This document shows, one piece after another, positions 10,744-19,238 of a stretch of DNA of 64,000 bases (position 1 is the stretch's first letter; the number at the start of each line of letters is the position of its first letter). The position numbers and the translations under genes were made by a program. The stretch is from a virus (lineage: Duplodnaviria > Caudoviricetes). The stretch is from positions 36,608 to 100,607 of IMG/VR virus record IMGVR_UViG_2824993554_000003, one strand, 5' to 3'. The notes beneath the pieces are model-generated. The model did no database searches and had not been told where the DNA came from. It saw only the letters and a program-made list of their open reading frames with translations.

Positions 10744-10798
10744 GAAGGCCAGTAAATACACGTAACCGCAGAAATAGACAGGCGAAATTTGTCTGTCT

Positions 10799-10855
10799 TA
10801 TTAAGGTACTAACTGGTACTTTATAATTATATAGTACTGTAGAGTACCTTTAATA
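10799..10855. repeat. AT-rich imperfect palindrome with four symmetric GTAC boxes
   Basis: AAGGTACT(10803-10810)/AGTACCTT(10843-10850), inner GTAC 10816/10834, central TATAATTATA 10822-10831. Confidence 0.8.
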
Positions 10856-10889
10856 GGTAAATGCCTCCTTCATCACCGGAGATCACTCA

Positions 10890-11144
10890 ATGCTCGTCCA
10901 TAACTGGCGCGAGGTGCTGAAGCTTGCCTGGTCGGTGCGGCTGATGGCGCTTGCGCTGCTCATCATCATTCTAGAGCCCGTCTACCTCTTCTTCGCGGCG
11001 ACCTGGGTATCTCACAACATCTACATTCAGCTCGGCATGTCGGTAGTGACCGGGCTTCTCGCTGCGGCGGCGATCGTCGCCCGCATCTTCGTTCAACGGA
11101 AAATCTCAGGAGACCTCAATGGCAAACCGCCTGCAGAAGGGTAG
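10890..11144 (+). CDS. Holin-like membrane protein
   Basis: 84 aa, two TM segments, NWREVLKLAWSVR motif, directly upstream of the endolysin. Confidence 0.7.
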   Translation: MLVHNWREVLKLAWSVRLMALALLIIILEPVYLFFAATWVSHNIYIQLGMSVVTGLLAAAAIVARIFVQRKISGDLNGKPPAEG

Positions 11145-11583
11145 TGCCGCCGCGGCCATGGCCGTGGCGCTCGTCGGCTCGTTCGAGGGGCTTCGCCAGA
11201 ATGCCTATCCGGATCCGGCAACGCAGGGGCAGCCGTGGACGATCTGCTACGGCAGCACCAATGGCGTGAAACCTGGCGACCGCAAGACGGTCGAGCAATG
11301 CAAGGCGCTGCTGGCGCTGGAGCTGCAGACCTATGCCAAGGGGATCGATGGCTGCGTGCGCGTGCCGCTGCCGGATCCTCGCTTCGTCGCGCTAACGTCA
11401 TTTGCTTACAATGTCGGCATCAAGGCAGCCTGTGGTTCGAGCGCGGTCAAGCTCATCAACCAGGGTCGGACCGCCGAGGGCTGCGAGGCGCTGCTGAAGT
11501 GGAACCGCGCCGCCGGCATCACCTTTCCCGGCCTGACGCGGCGCCGGCAGAAAGAGCGCCAGTTCTGCCTCGAGGGGATTTGA
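11119..11583 (+). CDS. Endolysin, GH24 lysozyme (SAR-like N-terminus)
   Basis: FEGLRQNAYPD...WTICYGST, FAYNVG, GLTRRRQKER. Confidence 0.93.
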   Translation: MANRLQKGSAAAAMAVALVGSFEGLRQNAYPDPATQGQPWTICYGSTNGVKPGDRKTVEQCKALLALELQTYAKGIDGCVRVPLPDPRFVALTSFAYNVGIKAACGSSAVKLINQGRTAEGCEALLKWNRAAGITFPGLTRRRQKERQFCLEGI

Positions 11584-11942
11584 TGTTCGGCCTGTCGAAA
11601 CCCATCGCGATCGGCTTGGCGGCGCTGGCCTTGCTGCTCGCCATCTCCGGCCTCGTCTTCGGGTCCATCCGCGAAATCCGTTCCATGGTCGACGCCGCCG
11701 CATCCTCCGCCAAGGCGCTCTCCGACGCCGAGTGGACGGCGAAAACCGAAAAGTCCAATGCCGAGGCGAACAAGAAGATCGCCGACCAGGCGAACGCCGT
11801 CATCCAGATCCAGGCGGACGCGAGCGATCGCGTCAACGCCGCTTCCCAGCAGCTCGAGGAATTGAGGAAACGAAATGCGGCCCTTCCTGATGGTGGCGCT
11901 ATTGGCCTTTCCCGCGATCGTGTCCGGATGCTCCCTGACTGA
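11583..11942 (+). CDS. i-spanin (Rz-like)
   Basis: TGATG overlap; N-terminal TM then coiled coil; overlaps the o-spanin. Confidence 0.7.
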   Translation: MFGLSKPIAIGLAALALLLAISGLVFGSIREIRSMVDAAASSAKALSDAEWTAKTEKSNAEANKKIADQANAVIQIQADASDRVNAASQQLEELRKRNAALPDGGAIGLSRDRVRMLPD

Positions 11943-12150
11943 CCGGCCGGCGCCCGTCGTCATCACCAAGGTGGTGAAGCCGGTGCTGCCGCCGGAATGC
12001 CGGAAGGAAACGCCGGCGCTTTCGCCGAAGCCCGACCGGGGCATGTCGCAGCAGGAGATCTTCGACAACTGGTCTGAAGATCGCACGGCCCGCAACATCG
12101 GCGAGGCGCGACGTGCGGCGTGCGTAACCGCGGTCGACGCGGCGAACTGA
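11875..12150 (+). CDS. o-spanin lipoprotein (Rz1-like)
   Basis: Signal peptide with lipobox IVSG-C, Pro-rich, two further Cys. Confidence 0.75.
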   Translation: MRPFLMVALLAFPAIVSGCSLTDRPAPVVITKVVKPVLPPECRKETPALSPKPDRGMSQQEIFDNWSEDRTARNIGEARRAACVTAVDAAN

Positions 12151-12251
12151 ACTTTCGAGTGAACGAGATCCTGCGCTGCCGGCTGGCTGCGTAGCGCGAA
12201 ACCGCGTGGCTTAGCCGCGCCGAAAACCACCTCAATCAAGGAGACTGAACC

Positions 12252-12587
12252 ATGGCAATTTCTGGTGCTCATGTGCAGTGCGGCTACGTCAAGGACGTCC
12301 GCGGCGCGAAGCTGTTCTTCCCGATCTGGTCGGAGACGATCACTCTCGGGCAGAGCACCACGCAGAGCGCGCCTTCGACGCTCTCGGCAGAAGATGCTGC
12401 TTCGCTGGTGTTCCGCGTCCGGGCGCCGGCCAGCGGTGAAATGTTTGCGGTGGCGGGATCGTCTCCCGATGCGAGCCAGGCGGTCGGCTCGACGGAGAAC
12501 ACTGCGCGTTCGCATTTCCTCGCGAGCGATGAAAAGGACATTCCGATCCGGCTTGCCGGGTGGAAATGCAACGTTGTGAGCGCCTGA
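12252..12587 (+). CDS. Hypothetical small beta-rich phage protein (possible spike base)
   Basis: AGGAG RBS; 111 aa; coupled to the downstream SGNH gene. Confidence 0.55.
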   Translation: MAISGAHVQCGYVKDVRGAKLFFPIWSETITLGQSTTQSAPSTLSAEDAASLVFRVRAPASGEMFAVAGSSPDASQAVGSTENTARSHFLASDEKDIPIRLAGWKCNVVSA

Positions 12588-12589
12588 TC

Positions 12590-14254
12590 ATGGCGGGCGT
12601 TGCAACGAGACTTGCCAATATTCGCGGGCTGGCGAAGACGGTCGAGAAGATCGTCGATCGCCGGCCCTTCTCCGCCAGGGAGCGTGCCAGCCACCCACAA
12701 TGGGTGCCAAATCCGAACCGCTACATGCCGGCGGCGACCGGAATTCATTGGTCGCAGAGCTTTGTGCAGACCTATGCGGACGGCCTGAATTACCAGTGCT
12801 CAAAGCTGTTCTTTGGCTCGCCGGATTATCCCACGAACAATTTCCTGATACCCTACCTGGGCTTCGGGTTGACTGATGGCGGCAATGCACCGCAAGAGAC
12901 GATCAACCCCAACGGCGATATGCTCCTTGATGGGTCAAACTTCGTTCATCCGGACGGCAACAAGTATCCAGTTCTTTTCGGTGGAAACGTTGCAGGAGCC
13001 GTTACAGCGGCTACCGGCGTGCTCTTCGGTCTACTCACGCTTCCCGACTGGCTTCCGCCCTGGTCTATCTACGGTATTGAAACCTACTATCATGGCACAG
13101 TAGGGAACACCTACATCGGTGGCTATCGCTGCCAGCGCCATCGTGGGGAGAAGTATTGGGCAGCCGGCGATCTCGCGTCTGTCCAAACGCTCGCAACAGC
13201 CGATGGTCCGAGCACCGCAGATCTCGACCCCGACGCCCGCTACAACGCAGTTGGTAACGTCTCCACGTCACAGCCGCTGGCCTATGGTCCCGCGCAGATT
13301 TTCGCCAAGGGCTGGGACGGTCGTCCGGTCGCTATGGTTCTCTCGGACAGCCTAGTTGAGCGGCAGGAAATCGCCGCATCCGCCGACGCACGACGCAACA
13401 TGGGCGTGGTCGGCCGGTGGCTCGATCAGCGCGATCCTGTGTGGGGCAGCACACCGCATATCATCATGGGCTTGCCCGGAGCCAAATCCGCAAACGAGCT
13501 GAATGCGAGCGCACTGCTACGCTGGAACAGCTTCCTGGACGCGGTCAAAAACACCTACAACGGCGGTCTGGATGCTTGGACATTTGGCCTCGACCAGTCG
13601 GGCCGCAACGACAACAATGCGACGGCCGCGACCTGGCTTGGATCCAAGACGGCGCTGCCGGGCACCCGGATCAGAAACAGGTATGGCGCGGGAACGCGCA
13701 TTGTTGGCATGACAATCTTGCCGACAATGGGCTCGACCGATGGCGGCCGGACAGTCGCGGCCTACACCGTCTCGACGCTGTGGGATGCGGTCTCAGGGAC
13801 GCTCAAGACGGTAAACGACGGCATCAAGGCGAGCGCCGTTTACAATGCGGTCATCGATCTGCAGGCGGCCTTCATGTCGAGCAGCGACCCGTTGCGCGCG
13901 GCGGCGGCTGAAAATTTCCCCCTCGGCAACGTCATCGGCCATCCCGGCAATCAGGACGGGATGACGACATGGGACACGATGAAACTACCGAATACCGTTC
14001 TTCTCGGCGCGCGCGTCATGTTCGAATATCAGCCGGGATTGTGGACGAGCCGGACGCTTATCAGCAAGACGGATAATGGCGACGGGACAGCCGACTATAA
14101 GGTCGCCGAGGTGCTGGCGACGAACGTGCAGGACAATGCAACGCTGCTTGGCCATGCCTTCACGGCTGCCGATTTTGTCCACCCTGCGCTCTACGCTGTC
14201 CTTAGGACGGTGGGCAGGTTGCCGCAGGCCGAGAAGGCAAAATTCTATCCGTAA
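12590..14254 (+). CDS. SGNH/GDSL hydrolase-domain protein (putative virion-associated esterase)
   Basis: Blocks VLSDSL (I), GLPGA (II), QSGRND (III), DFVHP (V). Confidence 0.72.
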   Translation: MAGVATRLANIRGLAKTVEKIVDRRPFSARERASHPQWVPNPNRYMPAATGIHWSQSFVQTYADGLNYQCSKLFFGSPDYPTNNFLIPYLGFGLTDGGNAPQETINPNGDMLLDGSNFVHPDGNKYPVLFGGNVAGAVTAATGVLFGLLTLPDWLPPWSIYGIETYYHGTVGNTYIGGYRCQRHRGEKYWAAGDLASVQTLATADGPSTADLDPDARYNAVGNVSTSQPLAYGPAQIFAKGWDGRPVAMVLSDSLVERQEIAASADARRNMGVVGRWLDQRDPVWGSTPHIIMGLPGAKSANELNASALLRWNSFLDAVKNTYNGGLDAWTFGLDQSGRNDNNATAATWLGSKTALPGTRIRNRYGAGTRIVGMTILPTMGSTDGGRTVAAYTVSTLWDAVSGTLKTVNDGIKASAVYNAVIDLQAAFMSSSDPLRAAAAENFPLGNVIGHPGNQDGMTTWDTMKLPNTVLLGARVMFEYQPGLWTSRTLISKTDNGDGTADYKVAEVLATNVQDNATLLGHAFTAADFVHPALYAVLRTVGRLPQAEKAKFYP

Positions 14255-14267
14255 CGCCAACAACCCA

Positions 14268-15104
14268 CTATCGAATATCTTCCAGCTCCGACTTGTTTTC
14301 TTCTAGGACTACTTCGTAAGCAGGAGTGCCATATCCGCCTAGGAGGTAAACATAGACAACAATGCGGCGCTGCACCGTCTTGATAGATAGGAAATGCAGG
14401 TGTCTGCGTTTGCGAACCTGTTGGGCGGGCTCCATCCCCACGAAGTTGTATATATCGCTCCGCCTACCAAACAGAATGTCAAGGACGGGCGCTGTGTCGA
14501 AACCGTCTAATCCCTTCTCTGCGACTGCGAAACAGTACGCGATTTTAAGGACTGAAAGGGCCATCGAGGTATGATCATATCGATGCTTCGTGGCGATACT
14601 TCCTCCGAGTGGCTGCCACGGCTTTCCCGTGTGTACCGTGTACGTTCGCGGCTTCTGAAGCGAACCGCCTCGTTCAGTTCCAGCAAGAATACCTGCTCGT
14701 TGAAGGCCAGTTATACTGAGAATTGGAGGGTACTGCTCGACCTTCAGGATCACTTCCTGTTCGAGGGCCATCTCCTCGGGATAGCCTTCTGATGGATTTA
14801 GAATTGCGGGAGGCAATGAAGGAGGGGTCGATTTTCTTCGTGCGCGCTTGAGCCGGAGGATAATGCGAGGCACCAGTAGATCGGCGTACATCGCCTTGTG
14901 CTCGAAGGTATTTGACATGGCCCTGCAGAGTTCGCAGCACGCCTTCTCGATGACAACGCTGCCTTCAAGCTGAAGCGGTATAATGTGCTCGTCCGTCAAT
15001 TCGTTCGGCGGAAAAACCTTCAGACAGTATATGCATTTGCCAAATGAGGGATAAGTTTTTGGCGTCATAGGCAGGGGGTCAAGTACGTTGTCAATGGCGG
15101 GCAA
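14268..15104 (-). CDS. HNH endonuclease-domain protein
   Basis: CIYC...LTDEHIIP...CCELC..SN N-terminal domain; lower GC; start codon uncertain. Confidence 0.75.
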   Translation of the reverse strand: MPAIDNVLDPLPMTPKTYPSFGKCIYCLKVFPPNELTDEHIIPLQLEGSVVIEKACCELCRAMSNTFEHKAMYADLLVPRIILRLKRARRKSTPPSLPPAILNPSEGYPEEMALEQEVILKVEQYPPILSITGLQRAGILAGTERGGSLQKPRTYTVHTGKPWQPLGGSIATKHRYDHTSMALSVLKIAYCFAVAEKGLDGFDTAPVLDILFGRRSDIYNFVGMEPAQQVRKRRHLHFLSIKTVQRRIVVYVYLLGGYGTPAYEVVLEENKSELEDIR

Positions 15105-15219
15105 TAGAAGGACCTCCGTGTGGGCAAATTCCCCATAACTGATTCAGGGATGGCAAAGCGAGTCCAACCGAAGCATCGGCGGCTTGATCCGTGCGCGGTC
15201 CAGAATCCTCGGCGCCATC

Positions 15220-15458
15220 ATCGAGTTTTAAGCGAAGGCGGCTTCTCAGGCAAAGGGGCAGACGGCAGCGGCGGATCGAGTTTTCCCATTATCGGCCGCC
15301 TGCACGGCATACGTCGAGCGCGTGAGGCTGGAACTCGGCGAGAACTTCCGCTGGATCAATCAGCGCTGGAAGTGGCCGCAGACAATCGAGATCTCCTCGC
15401 CGACGACTGCGCGGCCTGGGGTAGGGACATGCAGACGCATTACGCGGGCAGCCGCTGA
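15220..15458 (+). pseudogene. Degenerate second o-spanin-like gene remnant
   Basis: Two frames join at ~15369 to give AASQAKGQ..SAACTAYVERVR..WINQRW|EVAADNRDLLADDCAAWGRDMQ; no start or lipobox; upstream stop. Confidence 0.4.
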
Positions 15459-15476
15459 TAGATTGGCAGATGACGA

Positions 15477-15752
15477 ATGATACCTATTCCGCCAGAGGTG
15501 GCCAAATGGATGCTACAGAATGGCGGCGTGTTTGCCGTCACGACACTGATCTTTCTCGGTCTCTATCTTTATGAACGTTATGGCAGAGCGAAAGACAGGG
15601 CGGCGTTCGACGAAGCCCTGGCTAAGGCGCAGCAGGAACATGTCGCTACCCTTAAACTCGTAACCCCGCTTGCGCAGAAATTCACCGACACAATGGATGT
15701 GATCCTGCCTCTCGCCATGGCGCAGATTAACGGCAGGAGGAGGGGCGAATGA
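15477..15752 (+). CDS. Hypothetical membrane protein (single TM + coiled coil)
   Basis: GGVFAVTTLIFLGLYLYER TM; first of three overlapping ORFs. Confidence 0.65.
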   Translation: MIPIPPEVAKWMLQNGGVFAVTTLIFLGLYLYERYGRAKDRAAFDEALAKAQQEHVATLKLVTPLAQKFTDTMDVILPLAMAQINGRRRGE

Positions 15753-15943
15753 TGCTGCTCAAGTGGTTCCGACGGTCGCGCGGGAGATGGGCTCTGTGGG
15801 TCGATCCCGATGTCGAGGAGGAAAAACGCGTGCTTCAGGCAAAGCTTGCGCAGACTGTCGTGACCTTTGAGCGCCGGCGCAATGGTGTCCACCAGGTGGC
15901 GTCCGAGACGCTGAATATCTTAAAGAAGGGAAAGCACCGATGA
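15749..15943 (+). CDS. Hypothetical protein
   Basis: ATGA overlaps at both ends, GGAGG RBS. Confidence 0.6.
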   Translation: MMLLKWFRRSRGRWALWVDPDVEEEKRVLQAKLAQTVVTFERRRNGVHQVASETLNILKKGKHR

Positions 15944-16416
15944 AGCGGCTGAAAACGAGCATTGCGGCCTGGTCTGCCTTGTCGGCCGTTGTTTCCTTCT
16001 GGCTGCTCAACATCTTCATTCCCTACGAGCGGATGGTCGAGATCTCCTCAAGCCTGGTGCTCGGCGTGACCTTTGCTGTGCTGATGCGGTGGGCAAGCGA
16101 CGCGGCAAGGGCGCTGCGCTCCGGCCGGGAAGGGCCGGACTTCCTGATCGTCGCGGTCTTCTCGATCGTGTTGATCATTTTCTTTCAGCGCGTGTGGGTG
16201 ATCGTCGTGCGGTACTATGATCGGGCCGAGCATTTGGTCAATTCGCCGGTGAGCGCCTTCATCGCCTGGATGCTCGCCTGGGCTTGCATGCTGGTGCTGA
16301 TCGCGCCCGACGCCGAAAACGGCACGATTGGCGGCCGCGGCCGCGTGTTCGTCGGCGTGGCGCTGTTCATCGCCGGGATGGTTTCGGGACTGGGTTTGGC
16401 GCTGGCGATCGTCTAG
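15940..16416 (+). CDS. Hypothetical multi-pass membrane protein
   Basis: 158 aa, about 5 hydrophobic segments, translationally coupled. Confidence 0.7.
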   Translation: MKRLKTSIAAWSALSAVVSFWLLNIFIPYERMVEISSSLVLGVTFAVLMRWASDAARALRSGREGPDFLIVAVFSIVLIIFFQRVWVIVVRYYDRAEHLVNSPVSAFIAWMLAWACMLVLIAPDAENGTIGGRGRVFVGVALFIAGMVSGLGLALAIV

Positions 16417-16630
16417 CGGCATTCCATGCGCTAACTGCCCGCCAAGTCTGATGCTCCAGCTGCGCGGCCGCGCTGCGAAAGAATGGCGCCGTTTCGACGG
16501 TGATTTTCTCTCCGCACGCTGCGCATGACACAATCGAGACCGGGCCATAGGAGGCCTGAGGCCGGTGCTTGGGCTGGCATCGTGCGATCTCCGGGATCGC
16601 GTCCTCGACAGACGTAAATCGCCAGCGCAT
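16367..16630 (-). CDS. Small Cys-containing protein, weakly Lar-like
   Basis: GGGAGGAG RBS; VSCAACG and AVSAWNAAR resemble the Lar-family C-terminus. Confidence 0.4.
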   Translation of the reverse strand: MRWRFTSVEDAIPEIARCQPKHRPQASYGPVSIVSCAACGEKITVETAPFFRSAAAQLEHQTWRAVSAWNAARRSPAPNPVPKPSRR

Positions 16631-16695
16631 CACTCCTCCCTCATTCAACTATTATCCCGTCCAGTAGCGAAAACCTTCATAAGCTTGCTGACAAT

Positions 16696-16880
16696 AAAAA
16701 AAGCCCCGCCGAAGCAGGGGCAGTTGGGGAAACTCGAGATGAAGTGGAGATGCCTTGTTCATCATGCCATGTGCGGGCCACGCAGAAGGGAAGGAAGGGA
16801 CCATTGCCCTCTGCGCGGCCCGAACCCCTTATAAGGGGCAGATCGCGAATAGACAGGGTAGATGCTATCCAACGATCCAA
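16696..16880 (-). ncRNA. Candidate structured sRNA family B, copy 1 (with intrinsic terminator)
   Basis: Follows GGAAC-N17-GGTT; three hairpins conserved in three copies with stem-preserving changes; ends in GCCCCTGCTTCGGCGGGGCTTTTTTT. Confidence 0.5.
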
Positions 16881-16886
16881 GCGGTT

Positions 16887-16912
16887 AACCACCAGTCGGC
16901 GGATGCGGTTCC
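16887..16912 (-). promoter_or_regulatory. EcfG/RpoE2-type promoter motif
   Basis: Minus strand GGAAC-CGCATCCGCCGACTGGT-GGTT. Confidence 0.6.
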
Positions 16913-16943
16913 CGTACGGTTGCGCACAAATCATTTCGCCGGA

Positions 16944-17141
16944 TCAGATCAGAAGCCTTAGCAGCGCTTCCTCGTCCTTCACCCCATGCCGGAATGACTG
17001 TATAATCCGGCTGGCTAGATCCTCACGCTCAGCGTCTGTGTTGATTTGCTTCACCAAAACGACGTGGTCATAGACCCTTTGGCAGAGCGCCACCTCGGCC
17101 TCGTTCAGCACGTTTTGCGCTACGGTTTGGAATGGAAGCAT
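16944..17141 (-). CDS. Conserved 65-aa protein, copy 1 of 3
   Basis: MLPFQTVAQNVLNEAEVALCQRVYD...IIQSFRHGVKDEEALLRLLI; paralogues at 19716 and 59215; AAGGGG RBS. Confidence 0.75.
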   Translation of the reverse strand: MLPFQTVAQNVLNEAEVALCQRVYDHVVLVKQINTDAEREDLASRIIQSFRHGVKDEEALLRLLI

Positions 17142-17310
17142 GGTGGCCCCTTTCCAGCACAACATACAACGAAAAAAAGCCGATGCTAGGGCGAATGTGG
17201 ACTTACTACAGGAGAAGCGTATGGTGGCTATATCGTCAGCAACCGAAAACGTAGGCGTTGGCGGCTGAAGGTTCTCATGTGCCTCCGCCTGCAAGTAGCG
17301 GTGTGCAACA

Positions 17311-17502
17311 ATGAACAAGGACCTCTTCGAGGCCGCGATTGAATCCTCCCTTCTTCGATTAGACCAATCATACAAGCTGCTAAGATCAACCCTCCCGGAT
17401 CGATATCTCCCCGATGTGTCAGCGAAACGCAGCTTCTCCACGTCAGATTCAGAGCAACCGACGCCAAGCTCTCTAAAAAAGCCGAAGCTGCCCTTCAAGT
17501 GA
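17311..17502 (+). CDS. Hypothetical protein
   Basis: 63 aa ORF of ordinary composition; no motif. Confidence 0.35.
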   Translation: MNKDLFEAAIESSLLRLDQSYKLLRSTLPDRYLPDVSAKRSFSTSDSEQPTPSSLKKPKLPFK

Positions 17503-17571
17503 GGTGCGGCCGGCGTGCCGCGCGTTGTTGACCTGCGGGTGGATCGGGCTCCGTTTCACATCACGGTCTGG

Positions 17572-17760
17572 TCATGGCCAGTATACAGCGTCCTGATCAG
17601 CGCATTCCTCCGGGCTCAATTCGTTCCCCAACTCGCGCCAATAGATTGGAGCGATTCTGTCACAGTAGGTTTTTGGATCCAGCCCAAAGGGTCTGCGGCC
17701 TGTGCGGCAATGGAGAGTTACGCGTTGAAAGAACCGTTCGCAGAATTCCTCTTTGGTCAT
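17572..17760 (-). CDS. Hypothetical 62-aa protein, possibly leaderless
   Basis: ATG lies 7 nt after TGAAC-N17-AGTT (17793-17768); SPEECADQD..YW C-terminus. Confidence 0.55.
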   Translation of the reverse strand: MTKEEFCERFFQRVTLHCRTGRRPFGLDPKTYCDRIAPIYWRELGNELSPEECADQDAVYWP

Positions 17761-17882
17761 ACAAATAAACTGCGCGGGGCTGGAAATCGTTCAACTGAAG
17801 TGCGGCTGTACCGCGCTTTCAACAGCTCCGCCGGGGGCCACAGCTTTGGTGCTCGTAATTTTGAACTCAAAGTTTGGCGCCC

Positions 17883-18221
17883 TCAGCGGCGACCTGTCGA
17901 TGTCGCGCATCTTTCCTCCTGGAACTGCCAGCCCGCTTTTGGCTTAGGCCATCCATTCTTCGCTGCCCGGAAATCGGCTTCCATCTCGGCTTTCGCCTTC
18001 GCTGCCGTGGGGCCAGTCGCCCAGACAGTGATGCGCATGCGGCCCGCTCTAAACACGAAGCGGCGCTCGGAGGCGTTCTTGCCGGCGGTATAGCCTGCTC
18101 GAAAGCAGGCGCGCGCAGTCGACGGGGTAACACTGTCTCGGAAAGAGCCCCGCTGCGATCGCCACCAGTCGTTAAATGCCACATCGAAGGCCACGGCTTT
18201 TGGTTGAAGACGATCCAGCAT
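17883..18221 (-). CDS. Hypothetical protein
   Basis: 112 aa, coupled to 18223-18423. Confidence 0.55.
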   Translation of the reverse strand: MLDRLQPKAVAFDVAFNDWWRSQRGSFRDSVTPSTARACFRAGYTAGKNASERRFVFRAGRMRITVWATGPTAAKAKAEMEADFRAAKNGWPKPKAGWQFQEERCATSTGRR

Positions 18222-18222
18222 A

Positions 18223-18423
18223 TCAATCTCGCTCGTAGCTCGGCCGCCACCCGCGCACGATGCCTCGGCCCATGGCGCCTTCGGTTAAAACTAACTGCCA
18301 GCGGAGGTGGCGAATGTCTCCCAGGAGGGTCCCTATCGCTGCTTTCACGTCACCTTTGTGATAGGCAAGCACTTCTGCAATCTCATCATCAACCACGGCT
18401 TCGCCGATCGGCTGCTCGCGCAT
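18223..18423 (-). CDS. Small putative SOS-regulated hypothetical protein
   Basis: GGAG RBS; LAYHKGDVKAAIGTLL; LexA box 50 nt upstream. Confidence 0.65.
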   Translation of the reverse strand: MREQPIGEAVVDDEIAEVLAYHKGDVKAAIGTLLGDIRHLRWQLVLTEGAMGRGIVRGWRPSYERD

Positions 18424-18472
18424 ATCCGTGCTCCATATTGTCGGTCTTCAGATTGGCGGCCGCATCGCCGAT

Positions 18473-18487
18473 GTTCTTATTATGTTC
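18473..18487. promoter_or_regulatory. Alphaproteobacterial LexA (SOS) box
   Basis: GTTC-TTATTAT-GTTC, exact GTTC-N7-GTTC with AT-rich spacer. Confidence 0.75.
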
Positions 18488-18557
18488 GCCCGATGCCGGG
18501 AGTCAATAATCAATCTTGTGCAATTGCTCTTTAAGCTGTTGCTGATGTCATGTCGGC

Positions 18558-18735
18558 ATGACAAAGCCGCCTCGCAAGTCTGCCCAGCCGCTGCTCGGTA
18601 AAGCCGAAGCGCCGACCCGAAGCAGGCCGCGCAAAAGACAGGGCCAGGCATGGCTCGATGCGCGCCGGCATTGGATCGAGGAGAAGGTTCGGCTGGGCTG
18701 GATCGCGCTTTTGAAGTCGCGCCCGCCGAAAGGCG
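18558..18735 (+). pseudogene. 5' fragment of a LigD-type ligase gene, internally inverted
   Basis: MTKPPRKSAQPLLG..RSRPRKR and LLKSRPPKG match 20664-; the middle (~18640-18710) encodes RDPAQPNLLLDPMPARIEPCLAL on the opposite strand. Confidence 0.8.
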
Positions 18736-18763
18736 TGTGCCGGCGCCGTGGCGTTGCACCGGC

Positions 18764-18979
18764 TCAGTGAGTGGTGCAAACCATTTTAATCAAAGCAGCA
18801 AGTTGATCGCCCTCAAGGATCGCGTAACGATGGGTGCCAGTGCGAACAAGGATCTCGATCGCCTGAAGCTCGTCGATGTTCTCCCCAGCGTATTCGACTG
18901 CTGCTTGCAGCGAGATGAAATTCTTATTCACAGTGCCGGGGAGCCAGCTATGAACGGTGACAAGAGCAGGCGAAGGCAT
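18764..18979 (-). CDS. Conserved 71-aa protein, copy 1
   Basis: Near-identical to 58477-58692 with frame preserved. Confidence 0.6.
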   Translation of the reverse strand: MPSPALVTVHSWLPGTVNKNFISLQAAVEYAGENIDELQAIEILVRTGTHRYAILEGDQLAALIKMVCTTH

Positions 18980-19130
18980 TTGGTTTCCGATCTACAATTT
19001 CGACGAGATGACAATATCAGAAAACAACCTGAATGCGCTTGTGACGAGTGTATCTGGTTACCGTTTGATTGACGTCGTCGATTGCCACGTTCTGATGCTG
19101 CGCGGGCGGCCATTGTTCAGCGCCTTCAAT

Positions 19131-19238
19131 AAAAAAGAGCCCCGCCGAGACGGGGCAATTTTGGAAAGGACGGATCGCACAGGAAGGGACGAGTTACATA
19201 CGGCCCCGTCACAAAGGGCCACCCGCGCGATCCGTCCC
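19131..19238 (-). ncRNA. Candidate structured sRNA family A, copy 1
   Basis: GGACGGATCGCGCGGG pairs with CCTGTGCGATCCGTCC; terminator GCCCCGTCTCGGCGGGGCTCTTTTTT; promoter GGACC-N16-GGTT at 19266-19242. Confidence 0.55.

Noticed and set aside
10799-10855. Protelomerase (telRL-like) target site
   Set aside because: No protelomerase in the window, the palindrome is imperfect, and the phage appears integrated
16677-16934. 85-aa ORF and its 67-aa paralogue at 19516-19719 as real genes
   Set aside because: Frame broken by a stop in the third copy, different C-termini, and overlap with promoter motif and hairpins
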